Shown here: positions 1-10,400 of the stretch, in pieces
Layout: the number at the start of each line of letters is the position of its first letter
How positions within the stretch are numbered: position 1 is the stretch's first letter
Source: an uncultured Gemmatimonadales bacterium
GTDB lineage: Bacteria > Gemmatimonadota > Gemmatimonadetes > Longimicrobiales > RSA9
Length of the DNA stretch: 64,000 nucleotides
Direction of reading: 5' to 3'
Assembly: GCA_963798085.1 (NCBI GenBank)
Contig: CAWCRS010000007.1
Span: 544,001-608,000, forward strand
The notes under the pieces: model-generated
Database searches by the model: none
Told to the model about the DNA's origin: nothing
What the model saw: only the letters and a program-made list of their open reading frames with translations
Program-made: the position numbers and the translations under genes

Positions 1-1
1 G

Positions 2-142
2 GTCGCGCAGGGCGTGGAAAACCTCGAGCAGCTGGCCGAGCTGCGTCGCATGGGCGCGCGCTACGCACAAGGCTACCTCTTCTCCGAACCCCTCGACCCC
101 GACTCCGCCACCGACCTCGTCCTCGAAGGCCTCCGCGACTAG
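2..142 (+). CDS. EAL-domain protein, C-terminal end (partial, runs off left edge)
   Basis: Frame from base 2 reads VAQGVENLEQLAELRRMGARYAQGYLFSEPL...* (TAG 140-142), matching the EAL C-terminal pattern (E)GVE...QGYLFS.P; not in ORF track. Confidence 0.85.
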   Translation, partial: VAQGVENLEQLAELRRMGARYAQGYLFSEPLDPDSATDLVLEGLRD

Positions 143-218
143 GCTCTCCACCGCAATGCGCGCAGGTGGCCGCGGAGGCCGAGGCTTCTTCTGCCGAAAC
201 GGTGCTCAGAGACGAAAG

Positions 219-252
219 GGGGCCGGTATCGCGAGACGCGGATGCCGGCCCC
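219..252. terminator. GC-rich hairpin between convergent genes, probable intrinsic terminator
   Basis: GGGGCCGGTATC (219-230) pairs with GATGCCGGCCCC (241-252); short T run follows on the minus strand. Confidence 0.55.
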
Positions 253-279
253 GGTTGGCTTCGTCGAGCACGGATTACG

Positions 280-765
280 TCATTCCATGCGCGTCAGCTT
301 GATCGTGACCGGCGTGCTCACCGGACCATGCTCGGTGGTCAGCATTCTCACCATCAGGGTATTGCCGGACAGCTCGTACGCATTGACCGCGTACGCACCT
401 GGCGTCATGGCCGACGGATTCATGGCTACTGTCGGTCGCAGCGTAATCCGCTTTCCGTCGATCGCATACGTGCCGGCCTCGCCGTAGAAGGCGCCCCATG
501 CGGCCCTCAATTCATCGGCACTCGCGGTAGCACTGTTCGAGAGCAGCGGGCGAGGCCGCTCGGCATGCTCCTCCGTGCGGCTGTAGTACTTCTCCGTGAC
601 GATCAGAAGCCCCGCCTGCGGATGGCGAATCACACGGCTTGCGGAGTCACCCGTGGTGACCTCGACGACCTGCCAGACCCCCTGCAGCGATGGCGTCTTC
701 CATCGGGCTGCACTGCCAGCCAGGACCAGCACCATGCACAGCAACACACCGAGTGCGCGCTTCAC
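280..765 (-). CDS. Secreted lipocalin-like domain protein
   Basis: Signal peptide, GxW motif (LQGVWQVVEV), YGEAGTY segment; GTG start with AGAGG RBS. Confidence 0.7.
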   Translation of the reverse strand: MKRALGVLLCMVLVLAGSAARWKTPSLQGVWQVVEVTTGDSASRVIRHPQAGLLIVTEKYYSRTEEHAERPRPLLSNSATASADELRAAWGAFYGEAGTYAIDGKRITLRPTVAMNPSAMTPGAYAVNAYELSGNTLMVRMLTTEHGPVSTPVTIKLTRME

Positions 766-830
766 AGGACACCTCTCTTTCTCTGGGGTTGCCCCCGGTC
801 ACGGTGTGACCCTAAGATGGGGGTCGACCA

Positions 831-862
831 TATCGAATAATGTCATGCTGTATTCGATACAG
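831..862. promoter_or_regulatory. Palindromic candidate TetR operator(s) in divergent intergenic region
   Basis: TATCGAATA-N11-TATTCGATA (831-859) overlapping CTGTAT-TCG-ATACAG (848-862); AT-rich patch in GC-rich DNA. Confidence 0.55.
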
Positions 863-879
863 TGAAGCTACGATCAAAT

Positions 880-1548
880 ATGGGGAAAGTCAAGAAACCC
901 GTGGCCCGGGCCCGCCGCGGCAAGCGCGCCTACGACTCGACGCGGCGCCAGCAGCAGGCGGAGGCGACTCGCCGCGAGATCGTCGAGGCGGCGAGCCGTC
1001 TGTTCACGGAACACGGGTATGCCGGAACGACCATAGCGGCCATTGCGCGCGCTGCGGGTGTGGCGCCGGAAACCGTGTATGCGGCCTTCGGCAACAAGCG
1101 AGCGATACTGGCACGCGTCGTGGGCGTTCTGGTGGTGGGCGATCACGAGCGGGTCCCGCTGGGCGATCGCCCCTCGGTGCTGGCCATCGTTCAGGAGCCC
1201 GACCAGCGGCGGAAGATCGAGTTGCTGGCGAAGATGATGCGCGTGGTGCACGAACGCGTGGGCCCGGTGTGGCGCATGATGCGTGCGGCGGAACCGCAGG
1301 ATCCCGACATCGCGGCGCTCGTGCAGGATGGGCTCAAGGGGCGTCACCTGGGTATGTCCCAGTTCGTCGTAGCACTGCACAGTCACGGGCCCTTGCGCCA
1401 GGGTATGACCATGTCGGTCGCGAGCGAGACGGTGTGGGCCATCGGCAGTGCCGAAGTGCATCGACTGCTGACGGTGGACCGCGGCTGGTCCGGCGAGAAG
1501 TACGAAGCGTGGCTGTCGGATGTGCTCGCCAGGGTTCTGCTTCCATGA
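880..1548 (+). CDS. TetR/AcrR family transcriptional regulator
   Basis: N-terminal HTH IVEAASRLFTEHGYAGTTIAAIARAAGVAPETVYAAFGNK; start could be 862 or 880. Confidence 0.92.
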   Translation: MGKVKKPVARARRGKRAYDSTRRQQQAEATRREIVEAASRLFTEHGYAGTTIAAIARAAGVAPETVYAAFGNKRAILARVVGVLVVGDHERVPLGDRPSVLAIVQEPDQRRKIELLAKMMRVVHERVGPVWRMMRAAEPQDPDIAALVQDGLKGRHLGMSQFVVALHSHGPLRQGMTMSVASETVWAIGSAEVHRLLTVDRGWSGEKYEAWLSDVLARVLLP

Positions 1549-1761
1549 CGGCTCGTGTGCCAGACGGTGGGATCTGCATGCTGGGCACCAGGCTCGCCAT
1601 TTGCACGTCGGCGCGACTTCTTCTAACAATCCGTTAGAACAACCTCGGGCCCCGGCCCGAGCCGCTGGCAGGCGGTGCGTGAGCACGGAAGGAACCGGTG
1701 GATTCGACCTGCTGCCAGGGGGCGCCCGGGCCCTTGCGCGTCCGCTCCCTCCGGGGTGGCG

Positions 1762-3087
1762 TCAGCTGGTGGGGACGAGGCGAGTGAGGGAGACGGCAAG
1801 GAGGAGGGCGATGCGGGTGGCGGGCAGTGCGCTGTTGATGTCGGACCATTCCTTGAGGGTGTGCTGGTCGCCGCCCTGCGAGCGGCCGATGGAGATGGAG
1901 GGAATGCCGCGCACCACGCCCATGTTCGCATCGGTTGAGCCGGTGGGCAGTGCGCTCGAATGGATGCCGACGAATTCGTGGATGTCGAGCGCTGTCTGCA
2001 CCAGCGGGTGCGCTCGCCTGTCGCGCAGCCCGTCGGCGGTGCCGCCGGCATCATTGTGCTGCACGACCTCTTTCGACCAGTCCACCTGGTTGCGCTGGGC
2101 GGCCTGCGCCACGCGACGGTCGATCTCGTGGTCGAGCGAGTCCAGCAGCACGGGATTCACCGAGCGCAGATCCATCGTGAACGAAACGTCCTCCGGAATG
2201 GCGTTGAATACCTTGCCGCCCGCCAGCATGCCCACGTTGTAGACCGCGCCGCCACGGCCGTCGGGAATGCGGATCCCGTAGATCGATGTGATGGCGTCGG
2301 CGAGCGCGCGCGCCGGGTGCGGCTTTCCCGCGGAGGTATTCGTGTGCGAGCCTTCGCCGGTGAAATGGTAACGGCTCCAGTAGATGCCCAGCGCGCCATA
2401 GTCGACGGCCGGCAGCCCGCCATCCAGCGCGATCAGCATGTCTGCCACGTGCGGGTTGGTGCGCAGCCAGTAGTCCATGCCGCGCAGTCCCAGCTCTTCC
2501 TGGACCGTGAACAGGAAGATGATGTCGCCGCGCGTGCGCACGCCCGCCGCCCCGAGCGCTCGCGCCACAGCCAGCAGATTCGCGACGGAGGCGCTGTTGT
2601 CGAAGATGCCGGGCGCCCGCAGGATCCCGCCGTCGCGGTGGACCGTGACATCCGTGTCGAGCGGGTGCACCGTGTCCATGTGCGCCGCGAACACCACCGT
2701 CTCGCCACCGCCTTCGCCCTTGCGCCGCGCAAAGACATTGCCCACGGAATCACTCTGCACGCTGAGCCCCAGCGCCTCGAGTTGCGCGCGGATGTAGGCC
2801 GCTCTCGCCTGCTCGTGCTCCGACTTGGCCGGTATCTGTGTGATACGGATCCACTCGTCGACGTGCTGCGGGAAATTCGTCTCCAGCCACTGCAGTGCAT
2901 CGCGCACTACCGGCTGTTGCGCCAGCGCCGGCGAGAAGCGCGTCGGATAAGCCCCGCCACTCTGCGCCCTCACGCCCGCTGCTCCACACAACAGGAGCAG
3001 CGCACACACTTTCACCGCGGAGAACGCGGCCGGCGCGGAGAGGACACGCGCGTGCCTCGTACACTGACGCTCATTCAGGTTCATCAT
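1762..3087 (-). CDS. Secreted M20/M25/M40 family metallopeptidase (peptidase T-like)
   Basis: AHMDTV, DNSA, QEE, GSTDAN and C-terminal His motifs; signal peptide ending VRAQ; true start uncertain (3087, 3084 or GTG 3015). Confidence 0.88.
   Translation of the reverse strand: MMNLNERQCTRHARVLSAPAAFSAVKVCALLLLCGAAGVRAQSGGAYPTRFSPALAQQPVVRDALQWLETNFPQHVDEWIRITQIPAKSEHEQARAAYIRAQLEALGLSVQSDSVGNVFARRKGEGGGETVVFAAHMDTVHPLDTDVTVHRDGGILRAPGIFDNSASVANLLAVARALGAAGVRTRGDIIFLFTVQEELGLRGMDYWLRTNPHVADMLIALDGGLPAVDYGALGIYWSRYHFTGEGSHTNTSAGKPHPARALADAITSIYGIRIPDGRGGAVYNVGMLAGGKVFNAIPEDVSFTMDLRSVNPVLLDSLDHEIDRRVAQAAQRNQVDWSKEVVQHNDAGGTADGLRDRRAHPLVQTALDIHEFVGIHSSALPTGSTDANMGVVRGIPSISIGRSQGGDQHTLKEWSDINSALPATRIALLLAVSLTRLVPTS
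3011..3040. repeat. Short dispersed repeat, copy 1 (TTCACCGCGGAG..CGCGG..GGCGCGGAG)
   Basis: 26/30 identical to 6890-6919; degenerate inverted copy at about 3131-3161. Confidence 0.55.
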
Positions 3088-3166
3088 CGGGGTTCAACGG
3101 ATGAAGAAAGTCCACCCGCGCGCCTGGTTTCTCTCGCGCCGCTCGCACCCTCCACAGTGGACATAC

Positions 3167-4900
3167 CTATGTGTGAGGTTTGTCGAGTGAGGGTCGGGTG
3201 TCGCGGTTGCCCAGCTCGAGCATCAGGTCGCGGATGTAGTTCGTGATGCGTGCGTAGTGCGGATAATCGATATACTGCGCCTCGTCCGTCACCTGGTGGT
3301 AGTCCTGGTGCAGGCCGGTGAAGAAGAAGGCGATGGGGATGTTGTAGCGCGCGTAGTTGGCGTGGTCGCTGCGGCCGTAAATGTTGTTGTAGCCCGGCCA
3401 GGTAGTGGCTTCATCGAAGCGGTAATCCAGGTCGAGCGGTTTCTGCTCGTGCTGGTTGACGGCGGCGACGATGTTGCCGAGGTCGGTGGAGAGACGCTTC
3501 GAGCCGACCACGCCCAGATAGTCGGGGCCGGCGCCCGGCATGTCGCCCGTGCGGCCGCGGCCGATCATGTCGATGTTGATCTGCGTAACAATGGAGTCGC
3601 GCGGCACTGTGGGGTGATCGGTGAACCAGCGCGAACCGCGCAGTCCGCCCTCTTCACCCGTATGCCAGACGAAGAGAATGGAGCGCCGCGGTTTCACGGG
3701 TGCGAGTGCCAGTGCTTCCGCGATTTCGAGGACCGCCATCGAGCCCGAGCCATCATCATCGGCGCCGTTGCGGATGGAGTCGCGACGCGCCGGCCGGATG
3801 CGCCGCAGGCTGTCCACGTTCACCGTGATGGAGGCGCGTTCATCGGGCGTCAGCGCACGCAGATCGCCGCCGGCCATTTCCATGCGCAGCACCGCGCTGT
3901 TGAAGGCGCGCAGGGAATCGTGATCGACGGGCGTCGCATTGTATCCGATGTGATCATTGTGCGCGCCAATGGCGACGTATTCGCCGGCCAGTGCGGGATC
4001 GCGACCCCGGATGATGCCGACCACGTTGCGACCCCAGTCCGGGACGGGCGTCTCCACGTAATCGAGGTGTGCCGTGACCGTGCCGCCGGTCGCGCCGGGA
4101 GCCAGGCCGTCGGCAGACCGGCCCAGCAGCTGGGCCGCGGCTTCCGGCGTGATGCGCAGCGTGGCTCGGCTCGGGCCGGAAGGCGGTGGGTTGGCCGCGT
4201 CCGGATCCTCGAACGTCGCCTGCGTGTCGTTCAGGAAAGCGCGCTCCGACGGCGACAGGTTCTGCAGGTCGATGGTCGCCAGGGCCACGGCATCGGCGAA
4301 AGGATCCGGTGCGCCGCCACCACGACCGCCGCGGCCTCGCCCGCCAAATCCGCGACCCGCATCCGGCGAAGCGGAGAGCACGACGAACTTGCCGGCAGCC
4401 TGCTCAGCCGTGATGTGGCGCGTGCTGTCACCGGCCGTGCCGCCATAGATGACCGGCACGCCTTCCAGCGAGCGCGGCGCCGTGCGGCCGGGAACCGCCA
4501 CGAAGTCCGTCAGCCAGCGCAGGGCGCGGCCGTTCACCGTCATTGTCGACTTCGGCGTGTACCTGTGCTGCACGTAGGGCAGCGTCTGGAAATAGGTGCC
4601 GTTCTCACCCGCAGGGGTGATGCCCAGCCGTTTCAGCTCGCGCGCGATGTAGGCAGTGCCGCGCATATTGGCCTCGCGGCCCACCTGCCGGCCCAGCATC
4701 GAGTCGTCGGAAAAAATGTAAAGACGTGTTTGCAGATCCGCGACCGTGATCGCGGCCGTCGTGGGCCGCGGCGCGTGCTTGAGCGGATTGCCGAACTCGT
4801 TCAGCTGCGCCTGCGCGTGCAGCGGCGCATGCAGAACGGCGGCATACAGCAATGCCGAGAGTGGTACCGCGCGCCGAACCCGCCTGCGGAATTCAAACAT
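3167..4900 (-). CDS. Secreted M28 family peptidase with PA-like insert
   Basis: GAHNDH, NGADDDGSG, TGEEGGL, INIDMIGR, RSDH, DYHQVTD motifs; signal peptide; ATG 4900. Confidence 0.92.
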   Translation of the reverse strand: MFEFRRRVRRAVPLSALLYAAVLHAPLHAQAQLNEFGNPLKHAPRPTTAAITVADLQTRLYIFSDDSMLGRQVGREANMRGTAYIARELKRLGITPAGENGTYFQTLPYVQHRYTPKSTMTVNGRALRWLTDFVAVPGRTAPRSLEGVPVIYGGTAGDSTRHITAEQAAGKFVVLSASPDAGRGFGGRGRGGRGGGAPDPFADAVALATIDLQNLSPSERAFLNDTQATFEDPDAANPPPSGPSRATLRITPEAAAQLLGRSADGLAPGATGGTVTAHLDYVETPVPDWGRNVVGIIRGRDPALAGEYVAIGAHNDHIGYNATPVDHDSLRAFNSAVLRMEMAGGDLRALTPDERASITVNVDSLRRIRPARRDSIRNGADDDGSGSMAVLEIAEALALAPVKPRRSILFVWHTGEEGGLRGSRWFTDHPTVPRDSIVTQINIDMIGRGRTGDMPGAGPDYLGVVGSKRLSTDLGNIVAAVNQHEQKPLDLDYRFDEATTWPGYNNIYGRSDHANYARYNIPIAFFFTGLHQDYHQVTDEAQYIDYPHYARITNYIRDLMLELGNRDTRPSLDKPHT

Positions 4901-5038
4901 GAGGTTTTCCGGCCTGAAGGTGTGCGCATCGCCCGCCCGATCCGCGCCATCGTGCGTGGATGGTCGCGATCCCGGCAGGAGGACCGGCGGAAAGGTGGCG
5001 AACCGCAGGCCGCGGCGCAAAGTACGGCGCCTGCCCGG

Positions 5039-5944
5039 CTACTCCTCGGCTACCAGAGCGATCATGCGACCGTCCGCGCTGACGGCAATGCGGGAAATGC
5101 CGCGCACGCCCCGGCCCGCGAGATCCGCGACCTCGACCCAGTCCTTGTCCCGGCCCGGCCGCAGCGCGTAGAGCACTGAGCCGCGTGCCGTGAGCAGCAC
5201 GCCATCCGGCGTCCACGCGTGGTACTCGTTTTCGGCGAAAGGCTGAACCAGAGACGTCGCAGTGCCGGACTGCACATCGAGGATACGGATCCAGCCGGGC
5301 TTCTCCGCGCCCAGCTGCACGAAGCTCACCGCGTCACGACCCGGCACCTTGTGCAGCGAGCGACCGATGTTCTGCGCCACCACGCGCGCCTCGCCCGTGC
5401 GCACATCCGCCAGCTGCAGGGTGGCGGGATTGCCGAGCACGAACAGTGCGAGCCGGTTGCCGTCGATCCACGCGTGATAGCCGACCGGCTTCAGCGTCTC
5501 GAGCACCACACGCGGATCGGTGCCGGCGCGTGTGAAGCTCCAGAGCCGCTGCGCTGAATCCCGCTCCACGCGAATCACCGAAATGCGATCGCCCGCCGGC
5601 ATCACCGTGGCCGAATACTCGCTCTCCGGCTGTGTGTGAATCAGCGCTACGCTGCGGCCGCTGCGCAGATCGTAGCGCCAGATGTCGGCCTGACCGCTGG
5701 CATCGATCACCGTGTACAGCAGCCCGCCATCACCCGGCAGGAATGCCGGCTGGTTGTCGTAGCCGGGCCGCTGCGTGACCCGCCGCACACTGTCCACCAC
5801 CATGCGGCCGCCCGCGTCGTGCACCAGCGCCAGGAAGATGTCCGAGCCGCTCTGCGCCCGCACCGGTCGCGCGACCGGCAGCAGCGCGAGAAGGGTGCAG
5901 GCGGGAAGCAGCGTGCGCCGCCGCGCAAACAGGCGAGCCGACAT
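5039..5944 (-). CDS. Secreted TolB-like/PD40 beta-propeller protein
   Basis: Signal peptide; GYDNQPAF, ESEYSA, PVGYHAW, ISRIAVSADG repeat-like motifs; AGGAG RBS. Confidence 0.75.
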   Translation of the reverse strand: MSARLFARRRTLLPACTLLALLPVARPVRAQSGSDIFLALVHDAGGRMVVDSVRRVTQRPGYDNQPAFLPGDGGLLYTVIDASGQADIWRYDLRSGRSVALIHTQPESEYSATVMPAGDRISVIRVERDSAQRLWSFTRAGTDPRVVLETLKPVGYHAWIDGNRLALFVLGNPATLQLADVRTGEARVVAQNIGRSLHKVPGRDAVSFVQLGAEKPGWIRILDVQSGTATSLVQPFAENEYHAWTPDGVLLTARGSVLYALRPGRDKDWVEVADLAGRGVRGISRIAVSADGRMIALVAEE

Positions 5945-6475
5945 GTGTCACTCCTGCTCAGAGGCCCGGGAGCGCTGTCCGGGCAAAGCCCGGTACGCTC
6001 CTGCAATGTGGTGGCGAGCCGCCGATCGCACGAGAGGAGAGGTGGTCGCCCGCCGATCCGCCGGCTGCCGCGCGTCATCCAGCGGGTATGGCAGGGCATG
6101 CCGCAGGTGAGGGCTCGCTTTCAGTTGGAGCGCCCACCGGTGTTCGAGTTGCGAAACCACAATGCGATGCTGGTGCCGGGAGGCGCTGGCGCCAGGCCTG
6201 GCGCCGTTTGGCGGCGCGGGCCGGGGCCGTGCAGCGTTTCCGTAACGATGTGTTAATGCGGGAGTCGAGCCACGACGCTTGCAGTCTCGCGTGTGGAGGA
6301 TGCCCCGGCCGGTCCGTCACGCGGCGTCTCGCCCGCGGATGCGGCAGGCATCACAGGCGTCGTGGTGGTCATGCGCGCCGTCGGTGTTGCGGCGGTTGCA
6401 CGTGCCGGCGCGCCGCGCCTCTTGCGTGCTGCGGCTGTGGTGCTGCGAGGGAGTGCGTGTGTGCGGGTCGTTGCC

Positions 6476-6504
6476 TTGACATTCGACAACAAGCCGGACA
6501 GCTT
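6476..6504 (+). promoter_or_regulatory. sigma70-like promoter of padR copy 1 with operator half-site
   Basis: TTGACA (6476-6481)-17 bp-CAGCTT (6499-6504); TTCGACA half-site shared with the palindrome at 37073-37095. Confidence 0.5.
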
Positions 6505-6552
6505 GGGGGAAAGGGCCTGGCACGGACTCGCACCCGGTCGCAGGAGCACGCG

Positions 6553-6882
6553 TTGAACGAGAAGGCTGATCTGCTGCAGGGCACGCTGGACCTGCTGATT
6601 CTCAAGACGCTGCGCCTGGAGGCGCTGCACGGCTGGGGCATCTCCAAGCGCATCCGCCAGCTGTCCGGGGATGTGCTCCAGGTCAACCAGGGCTCGCTCT
6701 ATCCGGCACTGTACCGTCTGGAAGAACAGGGCTGGATCACATCGGAGTGGGGCGTCTCTCCCGAAGGGCGGCGCGCGAAGTTCTACAAGCTGACCGCCCG
6801 CGGCCGCAAACAGTTCGCCGAAGAGGAAGCCAGCTGGCGCCTCTTCACCGGTGCCGTCGACCAGATCCTCTCCGCGACCTGA
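6553..6882 (+). CDS. PadR family transcriptional regulator (Acidobacteria-type)
   Basis: LLQGTLDLLILKTL...HGWGI...VNQGSLYPALYRLE...W...RRAKFY; TTG start after AGGAG. Confidence 0.92.
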   Translation: MNEKADLLQGTLDLLILKTLRLEALHGWGISKRIRQLSGDVLQVNQGSLYPALYRLEEQGWITSEWGVSPEGRRAKFYKLTARGRKQFAEEEASWRLFTGAVDQILSAT

Positions 6883-6889
6883 CTCTTCC

Positions 6890-6919
6890 TTCACCGCGGA
6901 GCGCGCGGGGGGCGCGGAG
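6890..6919. repeat. Short dispersed repeat, copy 2
   Basis: TTCACCGCGGAGCGCGCGGGGGGCGCGGAG just after the padR stop; 26/30 identical to 3011-3040. Confidence 0.55.
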
Positions 6920-7468
6920 GCACTGCGGGAGGCGGAATCAGGTGCAGGGGGACTTGATCTGTCCTGCGTTTCCTCGTGGTTTGTCTCCAGTCATTGATCC
7001 TTGCGTTTGAACGGCGCTGCGTTCGGGTGGTCGAGTGTGCTGTTCCGCTGCCTCCGCGTTGACGAAGTCTGCTTTCCGTTGATCGGCGTTTCCACACGGT
7101 ACATCACTCCGCGGCGGGCTACGAACGATCGGGAGTTCGCCACTCGGTCGGTTGGCGCTGGCGTGTTCGTGTGCGGTTGCTGAGCTGTCCGCATGCGCTG
7201 ACGTCCATCAATGGCGACGACGGATCACGTCAGCTGCCGCTGCAATGCGTTTCCATGGGTCGAGCAGGCGGGTTCGGGCTCGCCTTGCAATGCGTTACGG
7301 CGTGCTGCCCTCGGTACCCATGAGACTGCTCCCGGTGTAGACAGGTGGGGCCCGTTTCGCTGCGATGCTCTGTGTCCGCAGTGAACCCTCGCGCTGGAGA
7401 GGCGTGGGGACGGGAACGGGGCCTGATTGCGGAGCGGGCGATCGTAGCGCGACCCAGAGCGGATTGAC

Positions 7469-10400
7469 ATGGACGGCGGCGAACACAAAGCCACGACCAG
7501 TGCGAACAATGCAACCGGCGGCCGGGCGGCGCGTGCGTCGCGACGCTGGCCTCGGGTGCTGCTGCGTTCCACGCTTGCACTGGTGCTCGGGCTGATCCTG
7601 CTGCTCGCGCTGGTTGTCGCCATGCTGCAGAACAGCGCGATCGCGACGCGCGCGGCGAACGCGCTCGCGAGTCGGTTCAGTCCGTGGCCGGATGCGCATA
7701 TTGCAGTGCAGAGGGCGAGGCTGCGCGGACTGGGCGGTGTGACACTGGCGGGCGTGCGCATCACGCGAGCGGATGGCCAGGTCATGGTCGCGCTGGACAC
7801 AATGCAGCTGCGCATCCAGCCACTGGCGCTGCTGTGGGGACGCGTGTCCATGCCGGTGCTGCGGGTGCTGGGTGCGGATGTGCGCATGCGTCAGCGCGCG
7901 GATTCCAGCTGGGACCTGCTGGCTCCGTTCATGGGTGGAGACACGATCCGAGCCAGCCGCACGCAGCTGCGCATCGGAGAGGCAGAGCTGCTGCGCTCAC
8001 GCCTCGAGGCGCACTGGCTGGCGCAGAGTGATTCCGTGCTGCGCGTGGAAGACATCACTGTGCGTCTCGCGGGGCTCGCGCTGCCCGAGCCGATGCGCTT
8101 CTCGCTCGACACACTGAGTGCGCGCATCTATCCGCCTCTCCGTCCCGCACAGCCGGCGATGCTGGGTGCTCGCCTGCGGCTGAGCGATGGCCGCCTCGTC
8201 GTCGACGGCTTCAGTCTGCGCTCGGACTCGAGCAATGTTTCCGCAGCAGGCACGCTGCTGGTTCCGGGCGGCAGGGTCGATGACATCCACGATGCCGACT
8301 TCACCCTGGCGGCGAGCCCGCTCGACTTCCGCGATGTGGGCGCGTTCCTGCCGGGCTTCGATGTGCCGGGCAGTCTGCGGCTGCAGGCGCGCGTACGGGG
8401 AACCCCCTCGCTTCTCGACATTGAAGTGGATGGCCGCAGCTTCGATGGCGCCACGCTGCACGTCGCGGGAACGCTGACGCCGCGTACGCAGGGTGACGTG
8501 CGTTACCAGTTGCAGGCGACACTGCACGATCTGGATGCGGCGCTCTGGTCCGGCTCCGCGTCCGGGCTGGGCAAGGTCGACGCCACGGCCGATGTGGCGC
8601 TGGCCGGCCAGGCGCTGGACTCAGTCACGGGCAGCCTGCAGCTCACACTGGGCGGCACTCGCCTGGGCAGCGGGCGCCTGCGCTCGGCGCAGCTGGCTGC
8701 GCAGTTCACGGAAGGCCGGGCCGAAGTGACGGCGGAAGCCGAGGCGACGCCGTGGGTGCATGTCGCACTGCGCGGCGCTGCGCGGCCCTTCGCGCCCACG
8801 CCCGACTACGCCTTCGACATCGATGCTTGCCAGCTCGAGCCGCTCGGCACTGACACCACATTACAGCTGCACGCGGGCACCGTGCAGCTGCACCTTGCGG
8901 GTGCCGGTGTTGCGCGCGCGAACGCGAGAGGCAGCGCGCAGGCCCGCTTCAGCGCCGGCATCGGGGCGGTCATGGTGCGCGGGGGCGAGTTGACTGCGAA
9001 CTGGCAGGATGGCCAGGCCACGGCGAAGCTGGAGGCGTCGGTGGCGGAGGGCCAGGTCTCGGGAAGCGCGCAGGTCGATTGGCGCCATGCGGAAACGCGC
9101 ATCAGCGCGGCCCGGCTGAGTGCGCGCGGCATCGCTTTGGCGGGGCTGGTGGATTCCGCGGCGGGTACGCTGGATCTCGAAGGCACGGGCGACTTCGTGC
9201 CGGGCCGGAACGAAAGCCTGCGCGCGAATGCGACCGCCACCCTGCATGCGCTGGCCTGGGCGGGCAACCGGCTGACGGACACGGCGAGCGCGAACATTAC
9301 TGTTCGCAGTGGCCGGCTGCACGCCGAGGCCGTCGCGGCCGGGCCTGCGGGCCGCATGCTGCTGCGCGGCAATGCCCGGCCTTTCGCGAATACGCCCTCG
9401 TGGACGCTGGAAAGACTGGAGCTGCACGACGTCGACCTGGCGCGCGCAGACACAGCCTGGCCGAATTCGTCGATCAACGCGCTGCTGACGCTCGAGGGCA
9501 GGGGCCGCTCGCCGCGCGCGACGAGCGCGCGCGGACTGCTCACTTTCGATTCCCTGCGTGTCGGCGATCAGGTCATCCGTGACGGCCGGGTGGAGCTGGC
9601 GCTGGGCGAGGGTGAACTGCGCGCGGATCTCACCATGAAAGCGCTGCACGGTTCCATTGCGGCGAACACGCGCGGCACGCCGTTCGACAGCGTGCCCGCT
9701 TTCCACGTCGAGAATGCGCGCTTCCGCGACCTCGATCTGGCCCTGCTCACGCGCGGCTCGTTCAAAGGCGCACTGACAGGCACGATGCAGGCCAATGGCA
9801 CACTGCCGGGCGGGGCGCTGCCCGACGTGCGCGGCAGACTCGAGCTGGCGTCGTCGCCCATCAACGGGGGTCGGCTGCGCGATGGCCGCGCGACGTTCGC
9901 ACTGCAGGCGAGTCACGCTTCGCTGGACCTCGAGCTGAGGACGGACAGTGGCGTCGTCGCCTTCAATGGTCAGGCACAGGTGACGCGCGACACGACTGCC
10001 GCCAGCGGCGTACGCGTCTCGGATGCGAACGTCGAGGGCACTGCCCGGCTGCCCGACCTGGCGGCGCTCATGGGCCAGGATTCGAATGAGGCGGCGGTGG
10101 ATGCGCACTTCGCAATGGCGGGGGAAGGCCTCGACATCGAGACCATGCAATGGACCGCGCATGCGCGCGCCACCGGTCGCTGGGGCGGTGCGCACGTGGA
10201 CACGCTGCTGCTGCGTGCCGGTGTGCACGACGCGCGTCTGCAGCTCGATACCTTCCGCCTGCGTTCCAATGTGGCGCACGGCGACGGCAGCGGCATGCTC
10301 GCACTGCGCGGGCGCAGTTCCATTCCGCCGGAGCAGGGCATGCACATCCGCATTGTCGTGGACAGCGTGGCGCCGTTCGCCGCCATGCTGGGGCGGCACC

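Noticed and set aside
3257..5179. Long antisense or alternate-frame ORFs (also 8861-10735, 19313-20911, 33405-35522, 50138-52603, 61851-63803)
   Set aside because: Shadow ORFs expected at high GC; they overlap well-supported genes and carry no motifs
6088..6552. Long N-terminal extensions on PadR, and likewise on ORFs starting at 26263, 33750, 36856 and 42941
   Set aside because: Arg/Ala/Cys-rich non-domain sequence; clear RBS and start codons lie downstream at the family-typical start
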